The notes: generated from the sequence alone by a model not told the origin. Counted from the first letter of the stretch, positions 48,702-57,282 are shown. The stretch: DNA of 64,000 nucleotides from a bacterium (GCA_027371855.1 DAHXLB010000011.1:7459-71458), one strand, 5' to 3'. Numbers and translations: made by a program.

Positions 48702-50086
48702 ATTTTAATTTTTCCTCTTAGATCTACGATTTCTTCAATTCTAGTTTTTAATTTATCTGCTATTTCATATTCCCTATTTTTAGATGCATTATACATCTCA
48801 TTCTCTAATCTTTTTATTGCTGTATCATATCCATGCGGATCATCTTTTGTATTTGATATTTCATTGTTACGCTCATCAATAAAAAATTGTGATGACAATT
48901 CCTTTACCTTTCCTTCTCTCTCCCATGATATTGCTGTTAATATTATATCTTCATAATATGATCTACCATTTTCTTTGTCAGGTTTTTTTGTATCTGGAAC
49001 TAAATCAATTACTACTGAAAGATTATATGCACCTCTTTCAATCATTTCTATATCCCATACAGGTTTTGAAGATGCAAAAAAGAATTGATTGTGATATAAA
49101 GATTGATCTAGTAGGTATCTTGCTTTAAGCCATGTTTTGTTTCTCTCTTGAAGGTATGTATACTCTATATCTACAATATATGGATCTTTAATTTTATATA
49201 TAGAATTATATACTGAATTTAGTGCTAAATTTAAAAGTTTTTGTTGCAATTGATGTATTTTGTTATCTTTACTCATCCATCGTTCAAAAGAATTTTTTTC
49301 GTTATATAAAGGTACAGTCCATGTGCTTTCACGTGGCTCAATATCAACTCTTTTTTTAATATTGCCTATTAGATCTTTAAATAAAATATAATTTAGAGAT
49401 TTTTGGTTATACAAATATTCAAACATTTTGATATATCCTATTCTTTGGTGTCCAAAAGTTTCACCATCTTCTCCGGTATATAAAAATTCACCATTTTTAA
49501 TTTTATTTGTAAAAGAAGATATTAAATCTTCTTTTTTTTCCATCTGGGCTGTAAGAATATAGAAGCTAGATGCTCTATCTCTTATAAAAATATCTAGTCC
49601 TCCATTTCTATATATACATGAATGATCTATTGGTTCTGATATTGCTGTCTCATCAAGCAAGATATATCTATATCCTAAATTTTTGATAACATCAAAAGAT
49701 TTCTTGTCATATGCCATTGCTGTAGGTAGAAAGCCTAAAGGTTCGTAGTTTTTAAAATATATCTGATTGATTTTTCTATTTACCAGTATTTGTCTTTCTA
49801 TCTCCTTTGCTGATAACATGGGAAGAAAAGCTTGGTAAGCTGGTGTGTCAACAAATTCTATTTGTCCTTGTAGCGCCAATTTAGATATTGTATCAAGTAG
49901 ATCAGTGTATCCTAATTTATATAGAGTTTCTGTTAACCCTGCATTTATTGCCAGATTAAGTGTTGCCTTTTTATTATTTTTCAGAGCATTAAATAGAGGT
50001 ATATAACTTTCTTCAATAACCTTCTTTAGAATTTCATCTTTTTGTGTTGGTGGTTGATAAATAAATAAGAGATTAGTCCAGTTCAT
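48698..50086 (-). CDS. GH57-family enzyme with a C-terminal UVR motif, paralog
   Basis: Contains LLFIYQPPTQ, QGQIEFVDTPAYQAFLPM, GFLPTAMAYD (the nucleophile Glu position is not conserved here), GEDGETFGHQ, and the UVR-like RLENEMYNASKNREYEIADKLKTRIEEI. I set the start at the ATG at 50086 (MNWTNLL). The track ORF start at 50191 lies inside glgA copy 2. Confidence 0.65.
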   Translation of the reverse strand: MNWTNLLFIYQPPTQKDEILKKVIEESYIPLFNALKNNKKATLNLAINAGLTETLYKLGYTDLLDTISKLALQGQIEFVDTPAYQAFLPMLSAKEIERQILVNRKINQIYFKNYEPLGFLPTAMAYDKKSFDVIKNLGYRYILLDETAISEPIDHSCIYRNGGLDIFIRDRASSFYILTAQMEKKEDLISSFTNKIKNGEFLYTGEDGETFGHQRIGYIKMFEYLYNQKSLNYILFKDLIGNIKKRVDIEPRESTWTVPLYNEKNSFERWMSKDNKIHQLQQKLLNLALNSVYNSIYKIKDPYIVDIEYTYLQERNKTWLKARYLLDQSLYHNQFFFASSKPVWDIEMIERGAYNLSVVIDLVPDTKKPDKENGRSYYEDIILTAISWEREGKVKELSSQFFIDERNNEISNTKDDPHGYDTAIKRLENEMYNASKNREYEIADKLKTRIEEIVDLRGKIKI

Positions 50087-50088
50087 GG

Positions 50089-51615
50089 CTAGAATATTTG
50101 ATAATTCATACCTAGTTTGTCTATTGGTCCATTCGTTATATTCATTGCTCTTATATACACATCTATATATTTTCTGGCAGAATTTTCCCAAGAAAAATCT
50201 GTTTTCATTGCAGATTCAACTATTTTCCTCCATAAACCTATGTTATTATACTGGTCTATTGCTCTTATTAATGTTCCATATAAAGAATATGGATTATAAT
50301 TATCAAACAAGAATCCATTACCAGAAATATTTTCCATATTAAAATCTGTAATTGAATCTGACAATCCTCCTATATTTCGTGCTATTGGGATACAACCATA
50401 TCTCATTGATTCCATTTGTGTTATTCCTGATGGCTCAAATCTTGAAGGTATTAATATCATATCTGCACCAGAAAATACTTTTTTAGGTAAAATAAAATCT
50501 GCCATTAGATGGGTACCTACTCTCTTTGGATATGTTTTCTCTAATTTTTGAAAGTATGATATATATCTCCCATCTCCACTTCCTATTATCACAAATTGTA
50601 TATCCTGATATTCCTTAAAAAGAGGTTCTAATACTTCTATTACAAGGTCCAATCCTTTTTGATCATCCAGTCTTGTAACCATAGATAATATAGGGCCATT
50701 GGATTTTTCTAGGTCAAATTCTTTTTGCAAAGCTATTTTATTAATATGTCTTTTTATTGAACTTTTCCAATCATAATTCTCTACAACATTTATATCTGTT
50801 TCAGGGTTCATATATGTATAGTCTATCCCGTTCAAAATACCTACCAGTTTAGTTCTAACCTCTTTTAGAAGATGTTCTAATCCTTCAGAATATTCAGGAG
50901 TTAAAATTTCTTTAGAGTATTTTTCTGAAACTGTTGATACTATATCGGCATACATTATCGCTCTTCTCATAAAATTTTGTTTTTGTAGTGCAGGGTCAAA
51001 TAAATCTGCTATCTCACCCCTACCATTATCAAAGTCTAAATCATTAGTATTCTTATGGTCAAATAATCCTTGATGCACTATATTATGTATACTAAATACA
51101 GTAGATATTTTATTTAACTTTGGATTATCTTTATAATTTATCTTTAATAGGTTTGGTATATGTCCTGTATGCCAATCTGCACAATTTATCACATCTGGAG
51201 TCCAGGTGGATATTTTTAAAAACTCAATTATTGATAGTGATAAAAGTAGAAATCTAATATGATCATCAGAGTATCCATATACATTAGATCTTGTTTCATA
51301 AAACTCTTCATTTTCTATAAAATATACAATAGGTTCTTCATCACTCTCTTGATAAACTTTAATATTGCAAATGATATCTCTTTGTGATTGAGTCGGTATT
51401 TTCAATCCCTCATATAACATTTTAAGTGGGTAACGCACTTCGTCAATATTTCCATATTTAGGCATGATTATTCTTGCATCCACACCTTCTTTCTTTAATG
51501 CTTTTGTAAGAAAATATGATACTTGACCAAGACCTCCAACACCTGCATAAGGGTAAACTTCAGCAGAGGTATATAATAATTTTATATTGTTTCTAATTTT
51601 CATTAAAGAATTCAT
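50089..51615 (-). CDS. glgA: glycogen/starch synthase (GT5), copy 2
   Basis: Contains LLYTSAEVYPYAGVGGLGQVSYFLTKALKKEG, CADWHTGH and PSRFEPSGITQMESMRYGCIPIARNIGGLSDSI. Confidence 0.85.
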   Translation of the reverse strand: MNSLMKIRNNIKLLYTSAEVYPYAGVGGLGQVSYFLTKALKKEGVDARIIMPKYGNIDEVRYPLKMLYEGLKIPTQSQRDIICNIKVYQESDEEPIVYFIENEEFYETRSNVYGYSDDHIRFLLLSLSIIEFLKISTWTPDVINCADWHTGHIPNLLKINYKDNPKLNKISTVFSIHNIVHQGLFDHKNTNDLDFDNGRGEIADLFDPALQKQNFMRRAIMYADIVSTVSEKYSKEILTPEYSEGLEHLLKEVRTKLVGILNGIDYTYMNPETDINVVENYDWKSSIKRHINKIALQKEFDLEKSNGPILSMVTRLDDQKGLDLVIEVLEPLFKEYQDIQFVIIGSGDGRYISYFQKLEKTYPKRVGTHLMADFILPKKVFSGADMILIPSRFEPSGITQMESMRYGCIPIARNIGGLSDSITDFNMENISGNGFLFDNYNPYSLYGTLIRAIDQYNNIGLWRKIVESAMKTDFSWENSARKYIDVYIRAMNITNGPIDKLGMNYQIF

Positions 51616-52687
51616 TTTCTATTGCCTTTTTAGTATCCTCAGGGAATCTATCTATTACAAACCTACCCATTAATTCTGAATATGCAAGATCAGATTGACG
51701 AGGCATTACCATTATATACATTCCGGAGTTAGTCTTACTATCTGTCCTTTTTCCTAAAAAATCAACGTTAAAACTTCTAACTCCAGCATTGACATCTTCT
51801 CCATCCTTATTTTTAAATTTCATTAAAGAAAGAGCCCTTAATACTTTATACAATATATTTGATAACTCTTCAATGGAATCTTCATCTAATGAAGATAAAT
51901 TTCCTAGCTCTCTATTTTTTGCTTGTATCTGTATTTCATCTTTGAATCTTGGAGAGAAAGGTGTGAATACTATAAAATTATCTGTCTCATATATAACTAG
52001 ATTACTAGACCTTAGAGCCTGATTATATAAATCTATGTAGCCTATACCTTTTTTATAAAATTGATTTATAACATCTTCATATTTATCATATAAAGGGAAG
52101 TAGCTATCTTTATATACTGCACCAATTTGCGCATGTAAATGGGGTTGACTTGCTCCTGCAGAATATTTTTCTTTATCTGTGCCAAAATTTATTCCTGCTG
52201 CGACCTGATTAATGCCATCTTTCAATGTGATTTCTTTAGCTCTCTTTGATAATGCAGAAATAATTCCAAACATATGTTTCCTCTGTATATTTGAAATTGT
52301 ATCTATATGATCTTTCAAAACTATAAGGTCATGGAATCCTGGATTGAATGCAAAAGGATTTGGTGCTTGATAAACCCCCCATTCATTATATTCTACAATG
52401 GGATGAGCCACATCATCAAGATTATCAAATAAACAATAACCCTCTTTAGTATCTTCACTATCTTTTATATCTGGTTGTGGTCTTTTTGATCTGGAGTATG
52501 ATATCAGTGTTGAATGAGATAGAAAAGGATCAATCCTTTCAACTACTTGATCAGATACTACATTACCTTTCAATGTAACCTCTTCCTCAGTTTTTTTTAC
52601 AAATTCTATAAAATATGGAGGTGTTTCAACTACAAGACTTTGTCTATTATTATCTTCTTTATTATTGAAAGGTATTGATTTGATCAT
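51593..52687 (-). CDS. GalT-family (HIT branch III) hexose-1-phosphate nucleotidyltransferase / NDP-glucose phosphorylase-like
   Basis: Contains VYQAPNPFAF, HDLIVLKDH and the active-site GASQPHLHAQIG (H-x-H-x-Q). The N-terminal zinc cysteines of classical GalT are not evident. Confidence 0.6.
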   Translation of the reverse strand: MIKSIPFNNKEDNNRQSLVVETPPYFIEFVKKTEEEVTLKGNVVSDQVVERIDPFLSHSTLISYSRSKRPQPDIKDSEDTKEGYCLFDNLDDVAHPIVEYNEWGVYQAPNPFAFNPGFHDLIVLKDHIDTISNIQRKHMFGIISALSKRAKEITLKDGINQVAAGINFGTDKEKYSAGASQPHLHAQIGAVYKDSYFPLYDKYEDVINQFYKKGIGYIDLYNQALRSSNLVIYETDNFIVFTPFSPRFKDEIQIQAKNRELGNLSSLDEDSIEELSNILYKVLRALSLMKFKNKDGEDVNAGVRSFNVDFLGKRTDSKTNSGMYIMVMPRQSDLAYSELMGRFVIDRFPEDTKKAIENEFFNEN

Positions 52688-52775
52688 ATAGTTAATATGT
52701 TATTGATCTTCATACTTGCAGGATTAATATAACAGATTTACAATTATTGTACAACAATAATTTAATGTAATATTA

Positions 52776-53468
52776 ATGATTTTTAAATATAAGAATGATG
52801 TAAACTATGTTCATAAATGTATTATAATGAAGACTAATATGAGAATTAAAAAATATGTTCTTGGTATAACTTTAGTTTTATTTTTGTGTTTCCCCTTATC
52901 TATATATGCTGCATCTAATAATATACCACTAAATACAGTCTCAGTAGGGACATTAGGTGGTGCTGTACATAGTGGAAATGTAACAGTATCATTTCCTTCT
53001 AGTGTATTTCCAGTTAGTGAGAATGTAACTCTTTCTCCTGTAGGGAATAGTTTTTTACCAGAAGCAGTCCCTTATGTAGTAGAATCTTTTAGTATTTCAA
53101 TAGGCTCTGATGGTCCACTAAACAGTAGAGATTTAACATTACCCAGAGAAATACAGGTACAAGTAAATCATATACATGCAGCATATTTATATATATGGGA
53201 CTCAGTAAGAAACAGATGGTTTTCTCTTTCAGGCGTAAACTATAAAAACAGTGAGGTTACAGGATATACATTTATGAGAGGGGGAACATTTATAGCAACC
53301 AGTCAAGAACTATCTTCTTCATTTGCATCAAACACGCCAATATCACAATCTACTAATTCTAATAATGTTCCAATATATGATGGATTTGGGTCAATAATAA
53401 AATATGTCGCCATTGTTGTTGTTATATTTGTAATCCTTGGGTTTTTCTATTATAGAAGAAAAAATTGA
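52776..53468 (+). CDS. hypothetical secreted protein with a C-terminal membrane anchor
   Basis: It has a signal-like sequence, MRIKKYVLGITLVLFLCFPLSIYA (an internal Met is the likely true start). It also has a Ser/Asn-rich stalk and a C-terminal helix plus basic tail (YVAIVVVIFVILGFFYYRRKN). There is no LPXTG motif. Confidence 0.45.
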   Translation: MIFKYKNDVNYVHKCIIMKTNMRIKKYVLGITLVLFLCFPLSIYAASNNIPLNTVSVGTLGGAVHSGNVTVSFPSSVFPVSENVTLSPVGNSFLPEAVPYVVESFSISIGSDGPLNSRDLTLPREIQVQVNHIHAAYLYIWDSVRNRWFSLSGVNYKNSEVTGYTFMRGGTFIATSQELSSSFASNTPISQSTNSNNVPIYDGFGSIIKYVAIVVVIFVILGFFYYRRKN

Positions 53469-53474
53469 AAAATA

Positions 53475-54140
53475 TTATTTGATTTCTTTAACTCCAATTT
53501 TTGGGCAAATATCTTTTAATATACACATATTACATCTAGGTTTTTTAGCTACACATATCTCTCTCCCATGTGCTATTATAAGATCTGAAAAATGTAGGTA
53601 ATTAGATTTTTCAACAATTTTGTTTAAAACTTGTTCTATCTTATCAGCATTCTTACTATCCATTAAATTTTTTCTTATAAGTCCTAATCTTCCTGATAAT
53701 CTTATCATATGTGTATCAACAACAACTCCTGTGTTTTTAGAAAATGCATTCATCAAAACCACATTTGCAGTCTTTCTTCCTATACCAGGCAATTTTATTA
53801 GTGTATCTATATCTTCAGGTATTTCACCTTTGTATTTATCTACAATATAAGTTGCAAGGTTCTTTATATTTTTTGCTTTATTTTTATAGAACCCCGTAGA
53901 ATATATGTCTTTTTGAAGTTCTTCTATATTTACATTCTTAAAATCTAGAGGAGTTTTATATTTCTCAAATAAATCTTTTGTAACAATATTAACCCTTTTA
54001 TCAGTACATTGAGCAGATAAAATTGTAGCTACTAAAAGTTCAAATGGATTTTTAAAATTTAGCGAAATTTTAGCATTAGGATATAAAACATCCAATTTTT
54101 CTATTATTTTCTTAACATATTCTTTTTTGTTTTTATTCAT
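53475..54140 (-). CDS. nth: endonuclease III
   Basis: Contains the HhH-GPD motif LPGIGRKTANVV, VDTH, and the 4Fe-4S cluster loop CVAKKPRCNMCILKDIC. Confidence 0.9.
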   Translation of the reverse strand: MNKNKKEYVKKIIEKLDVLYPNAKISLNFKNPFELLVATILSAQCTDKRVNIVTKDLFEKYKTPLDFKNVNIEELQKDIYSTGFYKNKAKNIKNLATYIVDKYKGEIPEDIDTLIKLPGIGRKTANVVLMNAFSKNTGVVVDTHMIRLSGRLGLIRKNLMDSKNADKIEQVLNKIVEKSNYLHFSDLIIAHGREICVAKKPRCNMCILKDICPKIGVKEIK

Positions 54141-54385
54141 TTTAATACTCTAGATACAATATATATTATTATTGTTAATATTATAGAGGCTAGTATTGAA
54201 AAGGTTAATGGAAAGTAAAAACTAAAATTTCCTTTTTTAAAGACAAAATTCCCAGGAACGCTGTTCCCAGGAACGCTGTTCCCTGGAACACTGTTCCCTG
54301 GAATATGGTATTTTTCAATGAAATAAAGAACTATACCTACTATGGTTATAAACAATCCTATGATTATAAATATTCTACCGTACAT
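54137..54385 (-). CDS. DUF2905-like small membrane protein carrying an in-frame tandem repeat
   Basis: An 82-aa protein with two helices. The ...PGN..FKKGNFSFYFPLTFSILASIILTII pattern resembles DUF2905 (LPGD.....FYFP). The loop reads PGNSVPGNSVPGNSVPGNFV. Confidence 0.5.
   Translation of the reverse strand: MYGRIFIIIGLFITIVGIVLYFIEKYHIPGNSVPGNSVPGNSVPGNFVFKKGNFSFYFPLTFSILASIILTIIIYIVSRVLK
54251..54310. repeat. 15-bp tandem repeat, about 3.5-4 units, inside a CDS
   Basis: The units are CCCAGGAACGCTGTT (54251-54265), CCCAGGAACGCTGTT (54266-54280), CCCTGGAACACTGTT (54281-54295) and a degenerate CCCTGGAATATGGTA (54296-54310). The repeat is GC-richer than its flanks. Confidence 0.9.
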
Positions 54386-54399
54386 ACTCTATTATAACA

Positions 54400-54774
54400 T
54401 TATGCAACAATGAAAATGGATATTAGTAGGATTATAAATACCATTAAAGTTGTGATAGATAATATATAATCTTTATCTTTTAAAAATAGAAAAATAGACA
54501 TCAGTACTCTTATAACTGGAGTCGCTATTAAAATTATAATAGGAATAAATAATAGGCTTAAAAATGAGAGGTGACTGAATGTAGTAGTTATGAATGCAAA
54601 GGTATTTTTGTATGAACCTGTTTGATAATTTATATTACCACTTATAAATATTAAAATAAGATCAATAATAGCCAAAGATACACTTACTATAACTCCTGTT
54701 CTAAGAGTGTACCCTATTATTGTTTCCATATCTTTATTTTGAGACTCTTTTTGATTAGATTTAGATTCATTCAT
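54400..54774 (-). CDS. DUF1634-like small membrane protein
   Basis: A 124-aa protein with four helices. It overlaps the end of the TauE/SafE gene by 4 nt, which is the usual DUF81-DUF1634 pairing. Confidence 0.5.
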   Translation of the reverse strand: MNESKSNQKESQNKDMETIIGYTLRTGVIVSVSLAIIDLILIFISGNINYQTGSYKNTFAFITTTFSHLSFLSLLFIPIIILIATPVIRVLMSIFLFLKDKDYILSITTLMVFIILLISIFIVA

Positions 54775-55607
54775 AATATATTCATAGCTCTTAAAATCAT
54801 TTCTATTGCTATAACTAATATAACTAATATAAATATTTTCTTTAAATATACATTAGAGGTTTTACCAATTAATTTAGTTCCATAATATGACCCTATAAAA
54901 ACACCAATCATTACTGGTATAGCTATATATGGATTTATGTATCCATTTATAAGGTATATAAATGCACTTGCTGCTGCGGTCACACCTATCATCATATTAG
55001 ATGTTGTAGTAGATACCTTCATTGGGAGTTTCATAACATCATCTAATGCTAAAACTTTAAATACACCACTGCCTATTCCTAACAGCCCAGAGATTAATCC
55101 TGCTATATACATTATTACAAACCCTCCAGGAATATTAGTTACGTTGTAAGTTATTTTTTTATTTTGTAATTTATCGTAATAAGAAGATGATAATTTTAGA
55201 TAATTTGCAATATTGTCATTTTTAACATTTTCATCTAATTCTTTATCCCTATTTTTTAAAAGAGGAAGGAGAGATATAAGAAGGACAAATACAAATATAA
55301 AGAGTAATATTTTAGTATTTAGTATGCCCATAATTTCTGCTCCAGTTATTGCTCCTATTGTAGTAGCAATTTCAAGTAACATCCCTACCTTAATATTTAT
55401 TATTTTATCTTTTAGATAAACTGATGCTGCAGATGAGGATGTTGCTATTACAGATACTATACTTGCTCCAATAGCAATTTTAATATTTATATGGAAGATT
55501 AGAATAAGTATTGGAATTATTACTATTCCGCCACCAATCCCAACTAATGCTCCTATAACTCCTGCAAGGATAGAAAATATGATTATCCCAAAATAAAAAA
55601 GTAACAT
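54771..55607 (-). CDS. TauE/SafE (DUF81) family anion exporter
   Basis: A 278-aa protein with a duplicated 4-helix layout and glycine-rich helices (GVIGALVGIGGGIVIIPILIL; GLLGIGSGVF). Confidence 0.7.
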   Translation of the reverse strand: MLLFYFGIIIFSILAGVIGALVGIGGGIVIIPILILIFHINIKIAIGASIVSVIATSSSAASVYLKDKIINIKVGMLLEIATTIGAITGAEIMGILNTKILLFIFVFVLLISLLPLLKNRDKELDENVKNDNIANYLKLSSSYYDKLQNKKITYNVTNIPGGFVIMYIAGLISGLLGIGSGVFKVLALDDVMKLPMKVSTTTSNMMIGVTAAASAFIYLINGYINPYIAIPVMIGVFIGSYYGTKLIGKTSNVYLKKIFILVILVIAIEMILRAMNIL

Positions 55608-55675
55608 AATAATATATTAAACATTATCATTCATGATATCAAATTTAAATGATTATGATTAATTATTTTCTTGAT

Positions 55676-56626
55676 TTAGATCCGTGGATCAAGATCCTCT
55701 ATGAAATGCATAGCATCAATTGCGGCTATACAGCCAATACCAGCAGATGATATTGCTTGTTTATATTTAGGATCTGATACATCTCCTGCAGCAAAAACAC
55801 CTTCAATATTTGTTTTTGTAAAATCATGGACTTTTATATATCCATTTGTATCTATGTCTAAAAATTCTTTAAAAATTTCTGTATTTGGGGTATGTCCTAT
55901 TGCTATAAATACACCTTGTACTCTAAGATCAGATTCAGTATTTATTTTATTATTCAAGATCTTTACTCCTTCTACAACACTCTCGCCATAAATATCCTTA
56001 AGTTCAGAGTTAAAAAGTATCTCTATCTTCTCATCTTTAAAAACTCTATCTTGCATTACTTTTGATGCTCTAAATTCATCTCTTCTGTGTACAAGGTATA
56101 TTTTTCTTACAAATTTTGTTAAAAATAAAGCCTCTTCCATGGAACTATCTCCTCCTCCAACTACAACTATATCTTTATCTTTAAAAAATGGTCCGTCACA
56201 AGTAGCACACCCAGAGACTCCCTTGCCCATTAATCTTGTCTCTCCATCAAGGCCTAACCATCTTACAGATGCTCCTGTAGAAATGATTATAGTTTTTGTT
56301 TTAAATTCTTTATCTTCAGTCCAAATAGTAAATGGTTTCTTTGAAAAATCAACTTTTATAACTACGCCCTCTTCAAATCTAACTCCCATATTTTTTGCTT
56401 GTTTTTGCATATTCAACATTAATTCTGGTCCCAATATACCATCCTCAAATCCTGGATAATTTTCAACTAATGATGTTATTGTAAGCTGACCTCCTGGGGT
56501 ACTCCCAGATATCAAAATAGGGTTTAAATCAGATCTAGCTGCATATATGGAGGCAGTTAGTCCTGCAGGCCCAGATCCTAAAATAATAACGTTTTCAATA
56601 TTCATAATTAAGTGTTTTTCTGACAT
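55676..56626 (-). CDS. trxB: thioredoxin-disulfide reductase
   Basis: Contains the FAD motif ILGSGPAGLTASIYAAR, the redox-active CATCDG, the NADPH motif VVGGGDSSMEEA, and GVFAAGDV. Confidence 0.95.
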   Translation of the reverse strand: MSEKHLIMNIENVIILGSGPAGLTASIYAARSDLNPILISGSTPGGQLTITSLVENYPGFEDGILGPELMLNMQKQAKNMGVRFEEGVVIKVDFSKKPFTIWTEDKEFKTKTIIISTGASVRWLGLDGETRLMGKGVSGCATCDGPFFKDKDIVVVGGGDSSMEEALFLTKFVRKIYLVHRRDEFRASKVMQDRVFKDEKIEILFNSELKDIYGESVVEGVKILNNKINTESDLRVQGVFIAIGHTPNTEIFKEFLDIDTNGYIKVHDFTKTNIEGVFAAGDVSDPKYKQAISSAGIGCIAAIDAMHFIEDLDPRI

Positions 56627-56689
56627 ATTTATTCTACCATAATAATCATGTATATCAAAAAAAGTAGTGCTCTTGGACTAATATGTTAG

Positions 56690-56900
56690 TTAATGATACA
56701 TTCATATTTTAATAGTATCTTAATGATAGTGAAAGATATAAAAACTAACAACGCGTTGAAGATAATTATATTGATTAACTAAAAACTAATTTTATCTATA
56801 CAAGACTATGTATATAAAAATGAAGGATATGAAATTACCGAGAATTACAGATATATTAGAAGCAAGAGGGAGCCGGTTTGGGGCTCCCTTCCATTTTCTT
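56690..56900 (+). ncRNA. candidate sRNA/leader module, copy 1 (promoter-like box, ~170 nt, terminator-like hairpin)
   Basis: It starts with TTAATG-17-TAGTAT (56690-56718). Copy 1 shares a block with copy 2 (57029-57228): the first ~45 nt are near-identical, and a conserved core AACTAAAAACTAATTTTATCTATACAA follows. It ends in the hairpin AGGGAGCC/GGCTCCCT (56867-56889) followed by TCCATTTTCTT. Confidence 0.4.
56867..56900 (+). terminator. intrinsic-terminator-like hairpin of copy 1
   Basis: An 8-bp GC-rich stem (56867-56874 with 56882-56889) and a 7-nt loop, followed by a T-rich tract. Confidence 0.45.
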
Positions 56901-57003
56901 ATGATTTCCCCAAAGGTATGGCAGTAAAAACAGAGATATCGTAGTAGAGTCACAAAACAATAAAAAAGTGGTGGAATGGCGTACTAATTGGGGAAGTCAT
57001 AAG
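56898..57003 (+). other. 106-nt element closed by a 16-bp long-range stem
   Basis: CTTATGATTTCCCCAA (56898-56913) pairs with TTGGGGAAGTCATAAG (56988-57003). That is 15 Watson-Crick pairs plus one G-T, readable as G-U on the + strand. A second helix pairs GTATGGC (56916-56922) with GGCGTAC (56978-56984), and the interior is A-rich. Confidence 0.4.
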
Positions 57004-57028
57004 AAACCATGAACTACCAATGCAGTAA

Positions 57029-57228
57029 TTAATGATACATTCATATTTTAATAGTATCTTAATAATAATGAAAGATATAAAAACTAGCTAGTCGTTATCA
57101 AGTAACTAAAAACTAATTTTATCTATACAACTATTATGTATATAAAAATAGAAGATAGAAAATTACGGCGAGAGACAGAGATATATAAAAAGATTTAGGG
57201 AGTCGAATCAGGGCTCTCTTTTATTTCC
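57029..57228 (+). ncRNA. candidate sRNA/leader module, copy 2, directly upstream of the GT39-like gene
   Basis: It has the same architecture as copy 1. The hairpin AGGGAGTC/GGCTCTCT (57197-57219) has the same 7-nt loop length and is followed by TTTTATTT. It ends 55 nt before the ATG at 57283. Confidence 0.4.
57197..57228 (+). terminator. intrinsic-terminator-like hairpin of copy 2
   Basis: An 8-bp stem with two G-T (G-U) pairs, followed by a T-run (TTTTATTT). Confidence 0.45.
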
Positions 57229-57282
57229 TGTGATATAATAATAACATTCAGTAATTGTTATCATTTATAAAATTAGTTAGTT

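Noticed and set aside
50087-50191. The N-terminal 35-codon extension of the second GH57 ORF, and similarly 36366-36401 for the Tmk-like ORF.
   Set aside because: These extensions overlap the upstream gene. The internal ATGs align with the paralog's N-terminus (MNWTNLLFIYQPP versus MIWANFLHIYQPP) or start 1 nt after the upstream stop.
54251-54310. Whether the tandem repeat is a CRISPR array or minisatellite.
   Set aside because: It has a 15-bp period with no spacers, lies inside a CDS and keeps the reading frame. It is a coding tandem repeat, not CRISPR.
56898-57003. Whether the long-range hairpin is SRP RNA, 6S RNA or a retron msr-msd.
   Set aside because: There is no GNRA-capped domain-IV-like motif, no central 6S bubble architecture and no reverse transcriptase gene anywhere in the window. 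The element is retained only as an unexplained structure.
57197-57219. A tRNA T-arm-like sequence (GGGAGTCGAATCAGGGCTC), suggesting a tRNA or tmRNA.
   Set aside because: The stem is 8 bp and there is no acceptor, D or anticodon arm in the flanks. The copy-1 counterpart has an unrelated loop (GGTTTGG). A terminator hairpin fits better.
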